A stretch of 63,727 bases of DNA, the filler included, from Octopus bimaculoides (taxonomy: Eukaryota): the NCBI RefSeq assembly GCF_001194135.2. It is 7 parts of 7 records of this genome, joined end to end, with 100 filler letters (N's around TTAATTAATTAA, not from the genome) between each part and the next. Parts side by side here need not be neighbours in the genome. Positions count along the whole stretch, not along the records: positions 32,732 to 49,697 come from NC_068983.1; positions 49,798 to 59,200 come from NC_068981.1; 5 more parts are not named here. The stretch is one strand, 5' to 3'. Positions 38,880 through 50,620 of the stretch are shown here, piece by piece; the first letter of the stretch is position 1; the number at the start of each line of letters is the position of its first letter. The notes beneath the pieces are model-generated. The model was not told where the DNA came from and searched no databases. It saw nothing but the letters and a program-made list of their open reading frames with translations. Made by a program: the position numbers and the translations under genes.

Positions 38880-39420
38880 GAAACTATTTTGATTATGCTA
38901 GCATGGATTTTCATTTTGAGGCGTCCAGTGTCTCCAAATTAATCTACATCGTGTTTGGATGACCAACTTCAGTATGGCCATGCTTTGGCTTCCATAGTAG
39001 TAGGTCACTCGCCAGCTCTTGTTTAGCTCACCAGCAATGTCCCACAAAGCACAAGTGCCTTTCCCTATTAATGTTGGAAACAAGCAGATTTCCATACAGC
39101 TGTTTCTTGGTGGGATGAGTTCTCCAAAATGTGTTTAACACTGTTCTTAACATTCAGATGTAAGCTCCAGCCAGCTTGGATTCCATTTTTTTCGGTAAGC
39201 ATCCAGGCTGTTGCATGGAAAAGTCCAACATCACATGCAACGAATTCTCGATACTGAATTGGTTGCAGTTTGATATTGTGTCAGAGAGCAAGGCTAAATC
39301 GTCAGCATAATCTACATAGGTTATTTTTTGAGCTGGATGTCTGATTGATTTTCTTTTTGTGAGTGTGAAACCGAGGCTGTCAAGTGATGTTCCGAGGACA
39401 TAATCCAGGTAGATTTGTGC
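38880..39420 (-). mobile_element. Non-LTR RT fragment (RTEX/RTE-like) in intron 2
   Basis: Minus strand reads GFTLTKRKSIRHPAQKITYVDYADDLALLSD, with YADD at ~39296-39310. Confidence 0.75.
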
Positions 39421-40055
39421 AGACTAGGAACAGGTATTGTCCTTGGGGAAAAATGTGTAATGTTTGGAATTTAAGGAGAAAAATGTGCAAACTGAACTAA
39501 AGCAGATGCAGCAGAAGTATGGCAGGTTAAGCAAGGTGACTAATCTAAAATAGTTTTCAGAAGTTTTATCATTTGTATTTGATATGGTTTTAGGTAGAAC
39601 TTCTAATGGTACAGCCAAAAGGTGGCTAAGATTGAAGATCTGGTAAGTTTTTCCGGCTACTTATGTGAAATGGCTTCAGGTTTATTGTGCATGATTTACT
39701 GAGTGGATGTTGTGACTCATTCTTGAATTGATTAGAAACATGTATAAGTAGTGCTACTAGAGTAAAAGTTGGGTTATGATTGATATGCCATCTAGTTAAC
39801 GACACACCATATATTCAATATATTCTCTCTCCTCCCTCCTGTTCACTGGGTTATTACAACATTGTAGGCTATTTTACATTATCAGTGATTTTGCTGTTGG
39901 CTCATACTTCCTATTGTTTATTACTTAAGTCTGATTTAGTGCACATGTCACCACAAATAATGTTGACTGCTACTAGTTAATTGGTGGTACGGTAGGAGTT
40001 ACTGGGAAGAGTGACACAGTCTTGTACCCTCATCAACATCCATAAACTTGTTTAA

Positions 40056-40270
40056 CCCTTTTGTTACTGTACTTCTCTTGAGATGCTCTCTGTTTCTTTC
40101 AATTAATTTTAAACATAAAAAATTAATAAAATAACTTAGTTATCATTCAGCTATTGTTAGGAACATAAACTGGGACTAAGGTTTGGAATATTTTAATTCA
40201 GAACTTATACTAACAAGATATTTGTACTATAGAGCTGGAGGTGGTTTCAGCTGGGTGGGTATCAAAAGGG
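40056..40270. mobile_element. piggyBac-type MITE, complete
   Basis: TTAA|CCCTTTTGTTAC ... GTATCAAAAGGG|TTAA gives TIRs plus TTAA target duplications. Confidence 0.85.
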
Positions 40271-40274
40271 TTAA

Positions 40275-40492
40275 AGCTTTAACATTCAGATTACCATGTC
40301 AAATGTTATGTGTATTTATTCACATTTAGAATTAATCATACATTATCATGTAGCTTTGCGATTTCAGTGATGTGTTTTGTTTACCTTTAGAATGACATAG
40401 CAGAATAGTTGCAAGAGCTCTGATCTGGTCGGTTTGAACACAAATCCAGTAGAATATTTGGGCCTGGTATGGTTGGTTCGAATGCCAAAGGG
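40275..40492. mobile_element. Second piggyBac-type MITE sharing the TTAA at 40271-40274
   Basis: Left end agctttaacattc is a degenerate inverse of the right end gaatgccaaaggg|taaa. Confidence 0.55.
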
Positions 40493-40539
40493 TAAATGCT
40501 TTCAGAATACCTCTTTGCATAACTGAATGTAGGAACTGA

Positions 40540-41230
40540 GCACATTATGAATGCTTTGTAAATTTTTCATGGTCAGGATTGTCTCGGGAGCAACTTCTAT
40601 AAGTGCCAACCCTTAAGATGTTAAGTGGAATGGTTGGAACTTCTTGCTCTTGTAATAACATTATCAGTTCCCCTTAGATTAGTTTGTCTCAGGTACCCTT
40701 GCAACTCATCTGTGGTGACTTCAAACTCTGCATCATTTGCCTATGTTTGTCAAAATATTTTGAACTTCATGGTTGACTTGTTAGAAAACATGTAAGTTAA
40801 TAATACAGTTTCGTCATGTGTTTTGTCAAACACCATAGCTGAGGGCTTCAATTAAGTATGTTATCCACAGTATACATAATGTTGAATTTTTTTTCCATCA
40901 GTTCCTAACTGTTGGTTTAAACCTTCCCTCTTTAATGAGTTGTTTCAAAGTTGTTTTCTGATAGTAATCCTTGACGGTAGCTGTCACACCTTGATATGTT
41001 GACTGGAGCAAAGAAGTTGTATTCTTGCGGTATATTACATTTTTACATTATCAGAAGAATCATTTAATTTCTCTGGGTGGCTTGGATCATTATGCAAAAG
41101 GTGCATATTTTGTTGAAAACATGCCCAATACCATCTTCTACAGCAAGGCAAAAATTTTTATAAAACAGCCTTTGAAAAGATTCATGGTCATTGATTTCAA
41201 TTGTAACCTAGTGTATAACCTTTAGCACTG
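40540..41230 (+). mobile_element. Highly degenerate LINE endonuclease-like remnant
   Basis: CGDFK (~40712-40726) and SLGGLDH (~41070) resemble APE motifs GDFN and SDH. Clade is uncertain. Confidence 0.3.
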
Positions 41231-41386
41231 ATAATTTCATTGGTCATTTTAATGTGGAAATTAAGGTTTCTCTTGAAGATTTTAAACAAACCTTTACTAA
41301 CAAGAAAATTTGCACTTTCTACTTTATGTAAATTTTTTTACAAACTTTTAAGTTTTGCTTGAACCACCCATCTATTTATTAACCTA

Positions 41387-41960
41387 CTAGCAGTATAGCT
41401 CGACGTTGTCCGGGTGTGACTTACACCATCTATGATAAGTCTTGCTAGGTGAAAATCAAATAAAAAAAAGAAAACCTTACAACGAAAAAAACCCTTATGA
41501 TGTAAATATGTTCATAATTCAAAAGACGATGAAATTAATAGGGAAAGTGTGAAGGTTGTTTTGCGTAACAATATTAAGTGTACGTAAGTTTCATCCGTCT
41601 AATTGGCTATACAAATGCTTGTGCAAAACAACTTTTTGCGCCGCCTTGATTATACATAGCAGGATAATTCCTTTTCACAAGAGGTAGGACGGCAATTTCT
41701 GATGAAGCAACTGCTGGGGATCTGTTGCTACACAGTTCTGCCAGAATTCTATCAGATTGGGCAGAAGATGTTGATGCACCATTTTGCATTATGTTCAAAG
41801 CAGCTTCTGGAATGTGGTGAATTGCTGCAGTCTGTTGCTGTCTTTTTAAACGGGTTGCTGTCTTTCCCCCAGCAAACTCTCTTCTTCGGAGGCATAATCT
41901 ATGTACATATTAAACAGAACGAAAGTTATAACAAATGGCAGGGTCAGTAGTTTTCACATT
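41387..41960 (-). mobile_element. Helitron-like element, 3' terminus
   Basis: Minus strand reads cccggacaacgtcgagc (imperfect hairpin), then tatactg, then CTAG|T at 41387. The upstream extent is uncertain. Confidence 0.55.
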
Positions 41961-41963
41961 TCA

Positions 41964-42087
41964 GTAATTTTTCAGATTAACACCTGCACAATTATGTAAC
42001 CCTAAAACTGTAACTGTAACACTGACCCAAAAACCGTAACCATAACACCCTAGTGAAAATTGTGCGGGTGTTAATCTGAAAAATTAC
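41964..42087. mobile_element. 124-bp MITE-like element with 30-bp TIRs and a degenerate (TAACCC)-like core
   Basis: gtaatttttcagattaacacctgcacaatt and aattgtgcgggtgttaatctgaaaaattac are inverted with 1 mismatch. Confidence 0.75.
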
Positions 42088-42575
42088 CCACATTTGTAAT
42101 GAAGTTCACTGATTTGCAATGTGTTGTCCATAAGCTCTGTAGTTTGTATATTTACAAAACATTGACGAACATGAGTTATCTTGTAGTGAATACTTGTGTG
42201 TACATGCGCGTGTATGCGTTTGAGAGAGCGAGAGAGGGGGGGGAGATAGGAATAGAGAACGAGAGCAATGAAGAAAGAGAAAGAGAGGAAGGGAGAACGG
42301 AAGACAGTTATAAAATAGCAATGCGTGCACATGTTTATATAAGAAACACACAAACTAAATCTTATATCTATAATGTTAATGTTTATGTTGTTGTCACAGA
42401 TCACGTATGTGTGGTTGTGTATATTTTTACGTTTCTATGTTACGAAAAATATGTTAGAGGTAGAGGGATAGAAGAAAGCTATTAAATGGGAGAGGAAGAA
42501 GAACGAAGTAAGAGTGAAAAGGTAGAAGGAAAGAATAGTCTTAAAGCAAGTTAATGTATGACTTTGTATGTATCA

Positions 42576-42614
<39 letters not shown>

Positions 42615-42799
42615 TCTTACTCTGTATATTATATGGCAAGCACGTGATTGATGTGTAAGAACGCCAGTACAGGTAGAAGGGAAGAAATATAAAAGTTGGT
42701 AGAAACAACAGCCAAATCTCCCTTAAATCACACAAAGTAAACGGAATTTAAAAAATGTAGTTACTGCACTGGAAAGTTCACATCGAGAAAATTCCATTG

Positions 42800-43755
42800 N
42801 NNNNNNNNNNNNNNNNNNNNNNNNNNNNNNNNNNNNNNNNNNNNNNNNNNNNNNNNNNNNNNNNNNNNNNNNNNNNNNNNNNNNNNNNNNNNNNNNNNNN
42901 NNNNNNNNNNNNNNNNNNNNNNNNNNNNNNNNNNNNNNNNNNNNNNNNNNNNNNNNNNNNNNNNNNNNNNNNNNNNNNNNNNNNNNNNNNNNNNNNNNNN
43001 NNNNNNNNNNNNNNNNNNNNNNNNNNNNNNNNNNNNNNNNNNNNNNNNNNNNNNNNNNNNNNNNNNNNNNNNNNNNNNNNNNNNNNNNNNNNNNNNNNNN
43101 NNNNNNNNNNNNNNNNNNNNNNNNNNNNNNNNNNNNNNNNNNNNNNNNNNNNNNNNNNNNNNNNNNNNNNNNNNNNNNNNNNNNNNNNNNNNNNNNNNNN
43201 NNNNNNNNNNNNNNNNNNNNNNNNNNNNNNNNNNNNNNNNNNNNNNNNNNNNNNNNNNNNNNNNNNNNNNNNNNNNNNNNNNNNNNNNNNNNNNNNNNNN
43301 NNNNNNNNNNNNNNNNNNNNNNNNNNNNNNNNNNNNNNNNNNNNNNNNNNNNNNNNNNNNNNNNNNNNNNNNNNNNNNNNNNNNNNNNNNNNNNNNNNNN
43401 NNNNNNNNNNNNNNNNNNNNNNNNNNNNNNNNNNNNNNNNNNNNNNNNNNNNNNNNNNNNNNNNNNNNNNNNNNNNNNNNNNNNNNNNNNNNNNNNNNNN
43501 NNNNNNNNNNNNNNNNNNNNNNNNNNNNNNNNNNNNNNNNNNNNNNNNNNNNNNNNNNNNNNNNNNNNNNNNNNNNNNNNNNNNNNNNNNNNNNNNNNNN
43601 NNNNNNNNNNNNNNNNNNNNNNNNNNNNNNNNNNNNNNNNNNNNNNNNNNNNNNNNNNNNNNNNNNNNNNNNNNNNNNNNNNNNNNNNNNNNNNNNNNNN
43701 NNNNNNNNNNNNNNNNNNNNNNNNNNNNNNNNNNNNNNNNNNNNNNNNNNNNNNN
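42800..43755. other. Assembly gap inside intron 2
   Basis: Run of N. Confidence 0.99.
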
Positions 43756-44439
43756 ATTAAAGTGAAACTATCTGTCATTAAACTATCGAAATGTGATTGT
43801 TTAAGTTTTGATACTGAAATAGTTTTCTTTTACTGTCAGTGTTTCTCCTTCCATTCTTTTTGTATTTGTTGTTGGATTGTTCGTAAAGGTTCATAAGAGA
43901 AAGTAGGAGTTGAAAGGATTTGTAAAGGTAGTAGAAAGAGGAAATTAGATTTTATTAGGGGGAAAATGTTTATTTGTGTAGTTTTATGGATTTTATTCGT
44001 TATTATGAGTTATTTTTGAGTGAAAAAATGACGCAGTGACCTAACTAATTGTATTTAGAATATTAATTGCAATTCTTTAATCCAAGAAATTTGGAATTGT
44101 GTAAATGTATGAATTTTAAACACACACAGAGAAAATCTGCCTTTTATAGATAAGATACAATCAAGAGCTCTATTTTAAGCATCACTTCTGATGCTGTGTT
44201 AGGGTTTTAGGGTGTTATTCTTGCATTAAATCATTGTATAATATCAAGTTTATGTTCAGTGTAATTCCTTTACAACTCCTTTATGCATGTACTGCCTTTA
44301 TTTCCACTTGGTTTCTTTCCAATAATTTTAAGGGAAATGTATTGTACCTTATGCATTAGCATAAGGTATAAATATACCAAATTGCAAAGCAGTAAAATCT
44401 GAGGAAAATAGTGATGTTTTGTATTGGTAGAGAGCAGAT

Positions 44440-46260
44440 ACCTTAGATGCAAAAATGTAAATCAGAAAATGAGAGTATAATTGAGGTAGAGGATAATGAT
44501 AGTAGGACATGTTTGACCAAGTTCAGTTGAATTGGTGTGTGCACAAATAAAGTGAAAGGGTGCCAATGAGTGAGAAGGCAGCTCCTGACGAGTGTGTTGA
44601 GGTCATTGAAAAACTGTTCAAAACAAGGTGAGAACAGAGGATGAAAAGTGATGGTGCTGGTTGAGTTTTGTATTAAAAAAAAAAATTTAACTTTAAAAAT
44701 TTTTAATTTTACTCAAGTGTCCAGAGAAGTATTACAGGCAGTATCCTGAAAGTAATGGTTATACTTCACAAATTTCATATGAGTGGACTTGTGTAATTGG
44801 AGTTTCTGTCATGTAGTTTTCTGTTAAAGAACAAGACAGGTTGATATCGAAGAGGTTAAGAGATCATATGTAATATGAATGAAGTTCTAAAATATGAAAT
44901 GCCAAAATTTTACATTTTGTCTCTTCACGGGTAACTTTTCCATTTGTCAAAGCCATTTTAGCTCCTGGAAGCAAGTAAAAGTACTTGAGGTAACCCATGT
45001 AGTGGTTGCTTGATACATGGCTGAATATATAAATATAACTGATACAAAAAGTTATGCTTGTCCATGTTTATAATACTGCACACAAGCTTAAGGATACTTT
45101 AATTTGAAGTTAAAGAAAGTTATAACCCAATTATGTACCAAATTAGAGTAGATGAGATGCAGTTTGGTTTTATATCAGGGAGAAGTACTACTGATTCCAT
45201 CTTAGATAACTGCGGGTGTAGTTATTAGCTAAGCATAAGCCATTGTACTTGGCATTTATTGACTTGGAGAAAGCTTTCGACATAGTCCCTTGCTCTATGA
45301 TCTTGTCTCTAAGGAAACTAAAGGTAGATGAATGGCTTGTGAAAGATATACAATCATGTACAGGGGTGCTGTCAGTAAGGTGAAAGTTAGCCATGAGTTC
45401 AGCAATAATTTTAGAGAACATGTAGTTCACTAGGGCTTGGTTTTCAGTCTTCCTCCTCCTCCTCCTCCAGGCCATAACAGGAATTTAAGACCAGCTACTT
45501 CTGGGAACTACTATATGTTGAAGATCTTGTTTTCATAGCACAATCTGTAATAGAAATAGAAAAATTCCAGGTGTGGAAGCAAAACTTGGAATTAAAAGGC
45601 CTTAAAGCTAACTTAGTAAAGACCAAAGTGCTAAGATGCAGGGAAATGGACAGGATTGTACTCCTCCCAGTTAAGTAGCCCTGCTCAGTATGTTAGAAAG
45701 GTGTGGGCAGGAATTCCATATGGTGTACCCAGTGCAAGCTATGGACATGCAAGAAATGCAGTGGAATAAGGACACATGGGAAATAGATTTTGTCTAATAA
45801 CTTGGAAATAGTTACCAAGGTGACCTAATTAGAAGTGAAGGAGGATATACTGAAAGTATTGTTGATTGAATTAGAATAGGATGGAGTAAGTTCAGAGAGC
45901 TATTACTTCTGTTGGCAACATGAGGTAGTTCTCTCTCAGTGAAAGGCAGATTGTATGATACTTGTGTATGAATAGAAATGCTACATAATAGTGAGACTTG
46001 AATTCAAAATGTAGAGGTCATGCAAAGACTAAAGAGGAATGAAGCTAGTATGTACAATGTCAGTGTGAATATCTGACAAAGTGCTAATGTGTAGAGAGAA
46101 ATATTAAGCATAAAAGGAATCAGTCTGCAATAGAAGACTGCTGGTTTGGTCATGACTTGTATGAATGAGGACAGTTGCATAAGGAAGTGCCAGTCACTTA
46201 AAATAGATGGAAGAGGTGATAAAGGACTGAGATGATTGGCAATTTTCTGTGCTGTAAAGG
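44440..46260 (+). mobile_element. Degenerate RTE-clade LINE in intron 2
   Basis: Translates to DEMQFGFISGRSTTDSI...LAKHKPLYLAFIDLEKAFDIVP (~45145-45290) and WELLYVEDLVFIA (~45500). Many stops and indels. Confidence 0.75.
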
Positions 46261-47051
46261 ACTTCTCCATTTCACCAAAAATTAATTCCTAAAAGCATTT
46301 TGTCTATGTTTGTACATGCTGGGCCCTGCCTTGTGGAGTATCACCCTCAATTTATCTCTAGCTCCCCCTTCCCCTACAATCCCTTTTCAGTACATATCCT
46401 CCCTCCATTCTTTGTGCTACTAGTTATATCCCCACTGCTGGAACTACTTCAATTCCTGATTCTCATTTTTTACTTTCTCACTGTTTTCACTGATCACTTC
46501 CCTTCTTTGTCTCTTGTTATCCTCCTCACATCTGCCATATTTCATCTTGTATCTGCTTTCAATCTCAAATGGCCTCTTATCTGCCTTTACACTCCACTTA
46601 CTACAGCTACCCTTATGTACCTCTATACCTTCCTCCCCAATGCTCCTATTCCCTGCTCATCTCCTGCTTCCTTATCTGTCATCCATGAGCAGCTTCTTTC
46701 TCTCCCTGCCAAGCCATATCTCTATCTCATTGACTAAATTCACCTCTCCTCTATCTCTGGCCTGTCACTCTCTCTTCACATGTTTGTAATTCCACCCACT
46801 CCTTCCACTAGCCATATCCTCTCTTATGCTCAGCTGCAGTTTGCTGGATCCTGTCAAACTGTCCAACCCATGATTGTGTGAAAAACTGACATTAAATAAT
46901 GATTTACTATTTCACTCTATAATTAAATAACATTGTTACTTTTATAACAGTTGCTATTTTCATTGCAAATTAAACTGATTTAAGAAAAAATTCTTTACTC
47001 TTTTGAACATGGTTTGATACTAAAATAATCTTTTTTTCTTTTTCTCTCCAG

Positions 47052-47082
47052 AATACCATAGTCGAAAAGAGTTCAAGTTCAG
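47052..47082 (+). CDS. Microexon (31 nt), putative exon 3: (K)YHSRKEFKF(S)
   Basis: A long polypyrimidine tract tttttttctttttctctccag| and donor CAG|gtacag. It stays open when entered in phase 1 from exon 2. The gap at 42800-43755 could hide further exons. Confidence 0.65.
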
Positions 47083-47166
47083 GTACAGCTCATTTTAAAT
47101 ATTCATTTTAATTCCATTACTCAATTTTTAATGAAATTCTAACACTTGTCTAATTTGTAATTCTAG

Positions 47167-47207
47167 TTCTGGAAGAGACCAAGGTGACAGTAATCAAAGT
47201 AGACCAG
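47167..47207 (+). CDS. Microexon (41 nt), putative exon 4: (S)SGRDQGDSNQSRP
   Basis: It follows an 84-nt GT-AG intron (47083-47166) with ctaac/ctaat branch-like motifs. Donor is CCAG|GTCAGT. It is open in phase 2 from exon 3 and exits in phase 1. Confidence 0.65.
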
Positions 47208-47367
47208 GTCAGTTTTTTCACTTTAAGCATATGTTATTCTCTGATCTTTTAAACCTAGCAGACTATTTTTTCATGGTCTTGATATTAATCACATAGTATT
47301 TTTATGCTTCCACAAATTTTCATAACTGTAATTGTTAATTGGGTTTGTGGAAGCATTTTGCTTTTAA

Positions 47368-47620
47368 CCCTTTCATTACTGTATTTCTAACCAGAATATA
47401 CCCCTTATGTGTTTCAATTAAATTCTAAAATAATTTTGAATTTTGATTAGTTTAATAAAGCAACTCTGACTTTTTTTATTTATCAACACAATGTGATTTT
47501 TGGAACACAATTTAACAAAAGATTCTTAACCAAATTTGTTTTATAACTTTTGTCTCAAAGCGAATCTAATTACAGGTAAATACAGGTATATTCAACAAAA
47601 TATAAAATTATTCAAATTGT
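47368..47620. mobile_element. piggyBac-type terminus (MITE end or 3' end of the adjacent piggyBac)
   Basis: TTAA|CCCTTTCATTACTGTATTT is similar to the terminus at 40056. Confidence 0.55.
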
Positions 47621-47629
47621 TTGACCATC

Positions 47630-47800
47630 AGCATAGAAAATTATTTACACTATTTACATTTGATGGATATTTGTCATCTTGTTTGTTGTTAACACGTTTC
47701 GGCTGATATACCCTCCAGCCTTCGTCAGGTGTCTTGGGGAAATTTCGAACCTGGGTTCTCATTCCTAACGATGTTACTACAGAAGAGTTGTGCACATTAC
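47630..47800 (-). mobile_element. Penelope-type terminal-repeat fragment with a hammerhead-like core
   Basis: Minus strand reads CTGACGA-A-GGCTG-gagggtatat-CAGCC-GAAAC-GTGTT (47691-47728), a motif type common at PLE termini. Confidence 0.55.
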
Positions 47801-48094
47801 TGGATTCATAAGGTGAAATTAAACACACAAAAGACAGGTGTACCATAAAGGTATAAGTAAAACGAAAAACTAGAATTTGTCTGAAGAAAATTAGAAAACA
47901 AAATACACACACACCATCAACTAGATTAAATAAGCTCTTCCACATACATAGATACACAGAAATATACAATAATGATTTACAAAAGAAATTAATCTAAATT
48001 CGTCACTCTCCGTACAAGTAAATTAAAATTACACATAAAGAAAAATAAAAACGAAGTAAATTTGAAAATAGTTATAAAATCAAATCAAACAATA

Positions 48095-49324
48095 TTCCTA
48101 CCATGAAAACTTGTAAAGCACCCTGCTCTGCATAATGCCACCTTGCAGAATGCACATTGCAAAGTTGTTTCATCACCCCTTCCACTAGGAGCTTTCCTTT
48201 TTTAATGAAGGCATTTGCGACCCTTGAATTTTTTTTCTAATTTATGGAGATCGGCTGAATTCAGAGGAATATCCTTCTGGCAGGCTTTGCTTTTTCTCTC
48301 TACAGTTATTTTTTTGGATGAATAACCAGCTCTTAGTTGTGTTGCTACATCTGCATGGAACTGCAGATGGTCGCATCACATTTGAGCCGGTCCCGATTTG
48401 GTATATAGTATAAATGCATTAGTAATACTCATAATTACTATATACCAAACCAGGTATCGCCACCATTTATTCCCCGGTCTGCCAACTGGATAATAAGACA
48501 ATCACCTGATTCAGCCGATCTACACCACCTATGTACCTGTTATAATCAAGGTTCACAAATGGTGTGCCATTTTCACCCACATGTGGCCATGCACAGGTAG
48601 ATAGAAAATTAATCTGCCTCTTGTCTCTATATGCGGTTGCTAGTAAATTTCCTTTCAGTCGTTGAATTATTTCACCTTTTTTTTTTAATTTTGCTTTTTC
48701 TATATCCAACTGCAGTCCTTTTCTACTAGTGATCACTGTAGCACATGAATATGTTGCCACAGTATCTAAATTCGCCGCACGTTTGGCTGAACTGGAAAAT
48801 CGGTCAAAAAATATATACGGTCCTGGTTATGTTATGGAAGTGATAAATTCCAGACCACATCATACCCTAGGCTATGCTGACTTACATATTTGTCTCTTTT
48901 TCCTGTATAAAATTCAAATCTAGAGCAGTACCCAGTTTGATTCACAAATCTTCCAGACTTTGATCCCCCATTTTGTGGGCTTTCCTGGCATATATTGTTG
49001 AAAATGCACTCAGCCTTTATAGCCCATCATACCCTCATCAATAGATAAATATCTCCCTGGTTTATAAACTGCTTTATATGTGTTTTGAACACAGTTAATG
49101 AGGGGTCTTATTTTAAATAAGAGATCAAAGTCTGGTTCTCCACGTACTGGTGTACTGCTTTGTCTCATGTAAATACGGAGTCAATTTCAAAAATCATGTC
49201 CTCTTCATTATACTCGAGACATATTCGTCTCCAAAGGGTTCATTACTACTCCAGTAGTTTGTTATTCTGGGTAACTTTCTAATGCCCATAATAATATTTA
49301 TGGCAAAATATGCCTTAATTTCAT
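48095..49324 (-). mobile_element. Degenerate piggyBac transposase
   Basis: Minus strand has NEIKAYFAINIIMGIRKLPRITNYWS, PTKWGIKVWKICES, RDKRQINFLST...DYNRYIGGVDRLNQ, and a Cys-rich tail (VALCRAGCFTSFH at ~48100-48150). Confidence 0.85.
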
Positions 49325-49328
49325 TTAA

Positions 49329-49697
49329 CCCTTTCGTTACCAAACCGCCCAAAGCCGCCCGAAAAAAATTTTGGCTCATGTGACCAAGCCGCCCAAAACC
49401 GCCCGTAATCACCTATTCATATTTAAAATGAGAATATCTGAGCAAATCTCGTTAGTACATTCGTGAAAACACGTGATTATTTGTGTAAACAGTTCAGCAA
49501 TAGTTTTGTTCGACGATCAACATGTTTTTTTAATTTTGTGAATTTTGGGAGATTTTTTTCCAAATTTGTTCTTGTGTTTTCCAAATTTGTAATCCTGACA
49601 AAAAAATGGATACGAATTTTATTCTGTCAAGCAGCGAGTCAGAATTCGAAGGATTTTCCGTTGAAGACCTTGATAAATCTAACTCTGTAACCGATAA
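49329..49697. mobile_element. piggyBac-type MITE nested at a TTAA in the transposase remnant (other end lost in gap)
   Basis: TTAA (49325-49328) is followed by CCCTTTCGTTACC and short subterminal repeats (ccgcccaaa). Confidence 0.65.
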
Positions 49698-49797
49698 NNN
49701 NNNNNNNNNNNNNNNNNNNNNNNNNNNNNNNNNNNNNNNNNTTAATTAATTAANNNNNNNNNNNNNNNNNNNNNNNNNNNNNNNNNNNNNNNNNNNN

Positions 49798-50105
49798 GTC
49801 TCTCAGTGTCTCGCCGCCAAGCTCGATGTGCTTTTGGCTAGACACTATGACGGTGACGTCGTCCGCGTATGCCGACACGCTCGACCCGCATCCCAACTCT
49901 CGCGGGATGCCCCTCAGCGTCGCCAGCTTCCGCAGTAGTGGCTCGAGAGTCAACACGTACAGAAGCGACGAGAGGGGGAATCCCTGACGGACCGAACGTG
50001 CAATGTCGAAGGGTCTTGATAGATGCCCATTGACGCGAACTACCGAACGGATGCCTCTGTACAAGGCAGCCATCCAGCCGCGGAAAATGGGACCGAAGCC
50101 GGCCG
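49798..50105 (-). mobile_element. Tx1/L1-clade RT fragment (5'-truncated, runs into a gap)
   Basis: Translates to VRVNGHLSRPFDIARSVRQGFPLSSLLYVLTLEPLL...SAYADDVTVIV. It is GC-rich relative to its flanks. Confidence 0.85.
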
Positions 50106-50106
50106 C

Positions 50107-50182
50107 TTAGATAGATAAATATTTAGATAGATAGATAGATAAATAATTAAATAGATAAATAGACAAGTTGACAATTAGATAG

Positions 50183-50213
<31 letters not shown>

Positions 50214-50254
50214 GATAAATAGATAGATAGATAGATAAATAAATAAATAGATAA

Positions 50255-50286
<32 letters not shown>

Positions 50287-50440
50287 GTAGATAGATAGAT
50301 AGATAAATAGATTGATAAATAGATACATAGATTGACATATAGAGAGATAATTAGATAGATAGATATAAATAGATAGACACATAGATAGATAGAGAGGCAG
50401 TCAGGTAGATAATTAGACAGATAGATAGATAGATAAATCG
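50107..50440. repeat. Degenerate (GATA)n microsatellite (a second tract at ~50581-50630)
   Basis: Direct reading of the sequence. Confidence 0.95.
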
Positions 50441-50443
50441 ATA

Positions 50444-50575
50444 ACTTTCTTTTATTAGCCACACAGGGCTGCACACAGAGGGGACAAATACAACTGTAGA
50501 GCTCTTCTTTAAGAATAAAGAAAAAAAAAAAGGTAAAATAAAAATTAAAACATCCGATCAAAAGGTAGGGGCAAA
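50444..50575 (-). mobile_element. Probable Tx1 3' terminus with AATAAA followed by a (TCTA)n tract
   Basis: Minus strand tgtatttgtcccctctgtgtgcagccctgtgtggctaataaaagaaag resembles the 3' end of the Tx1 copy at 59941-59990 (tgtattgtcccctctatgttgacccctggtgggcaaatgaagaaa). Confidence 0.55.
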
Positions 50576-50578
50576 AAA

Positions 50579-50620
<42 letters not shown>

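Noticed and set aside
42723-43778. Long ORFs of 351 and 322 aa
   Set aside because: They are translations of the N gap.
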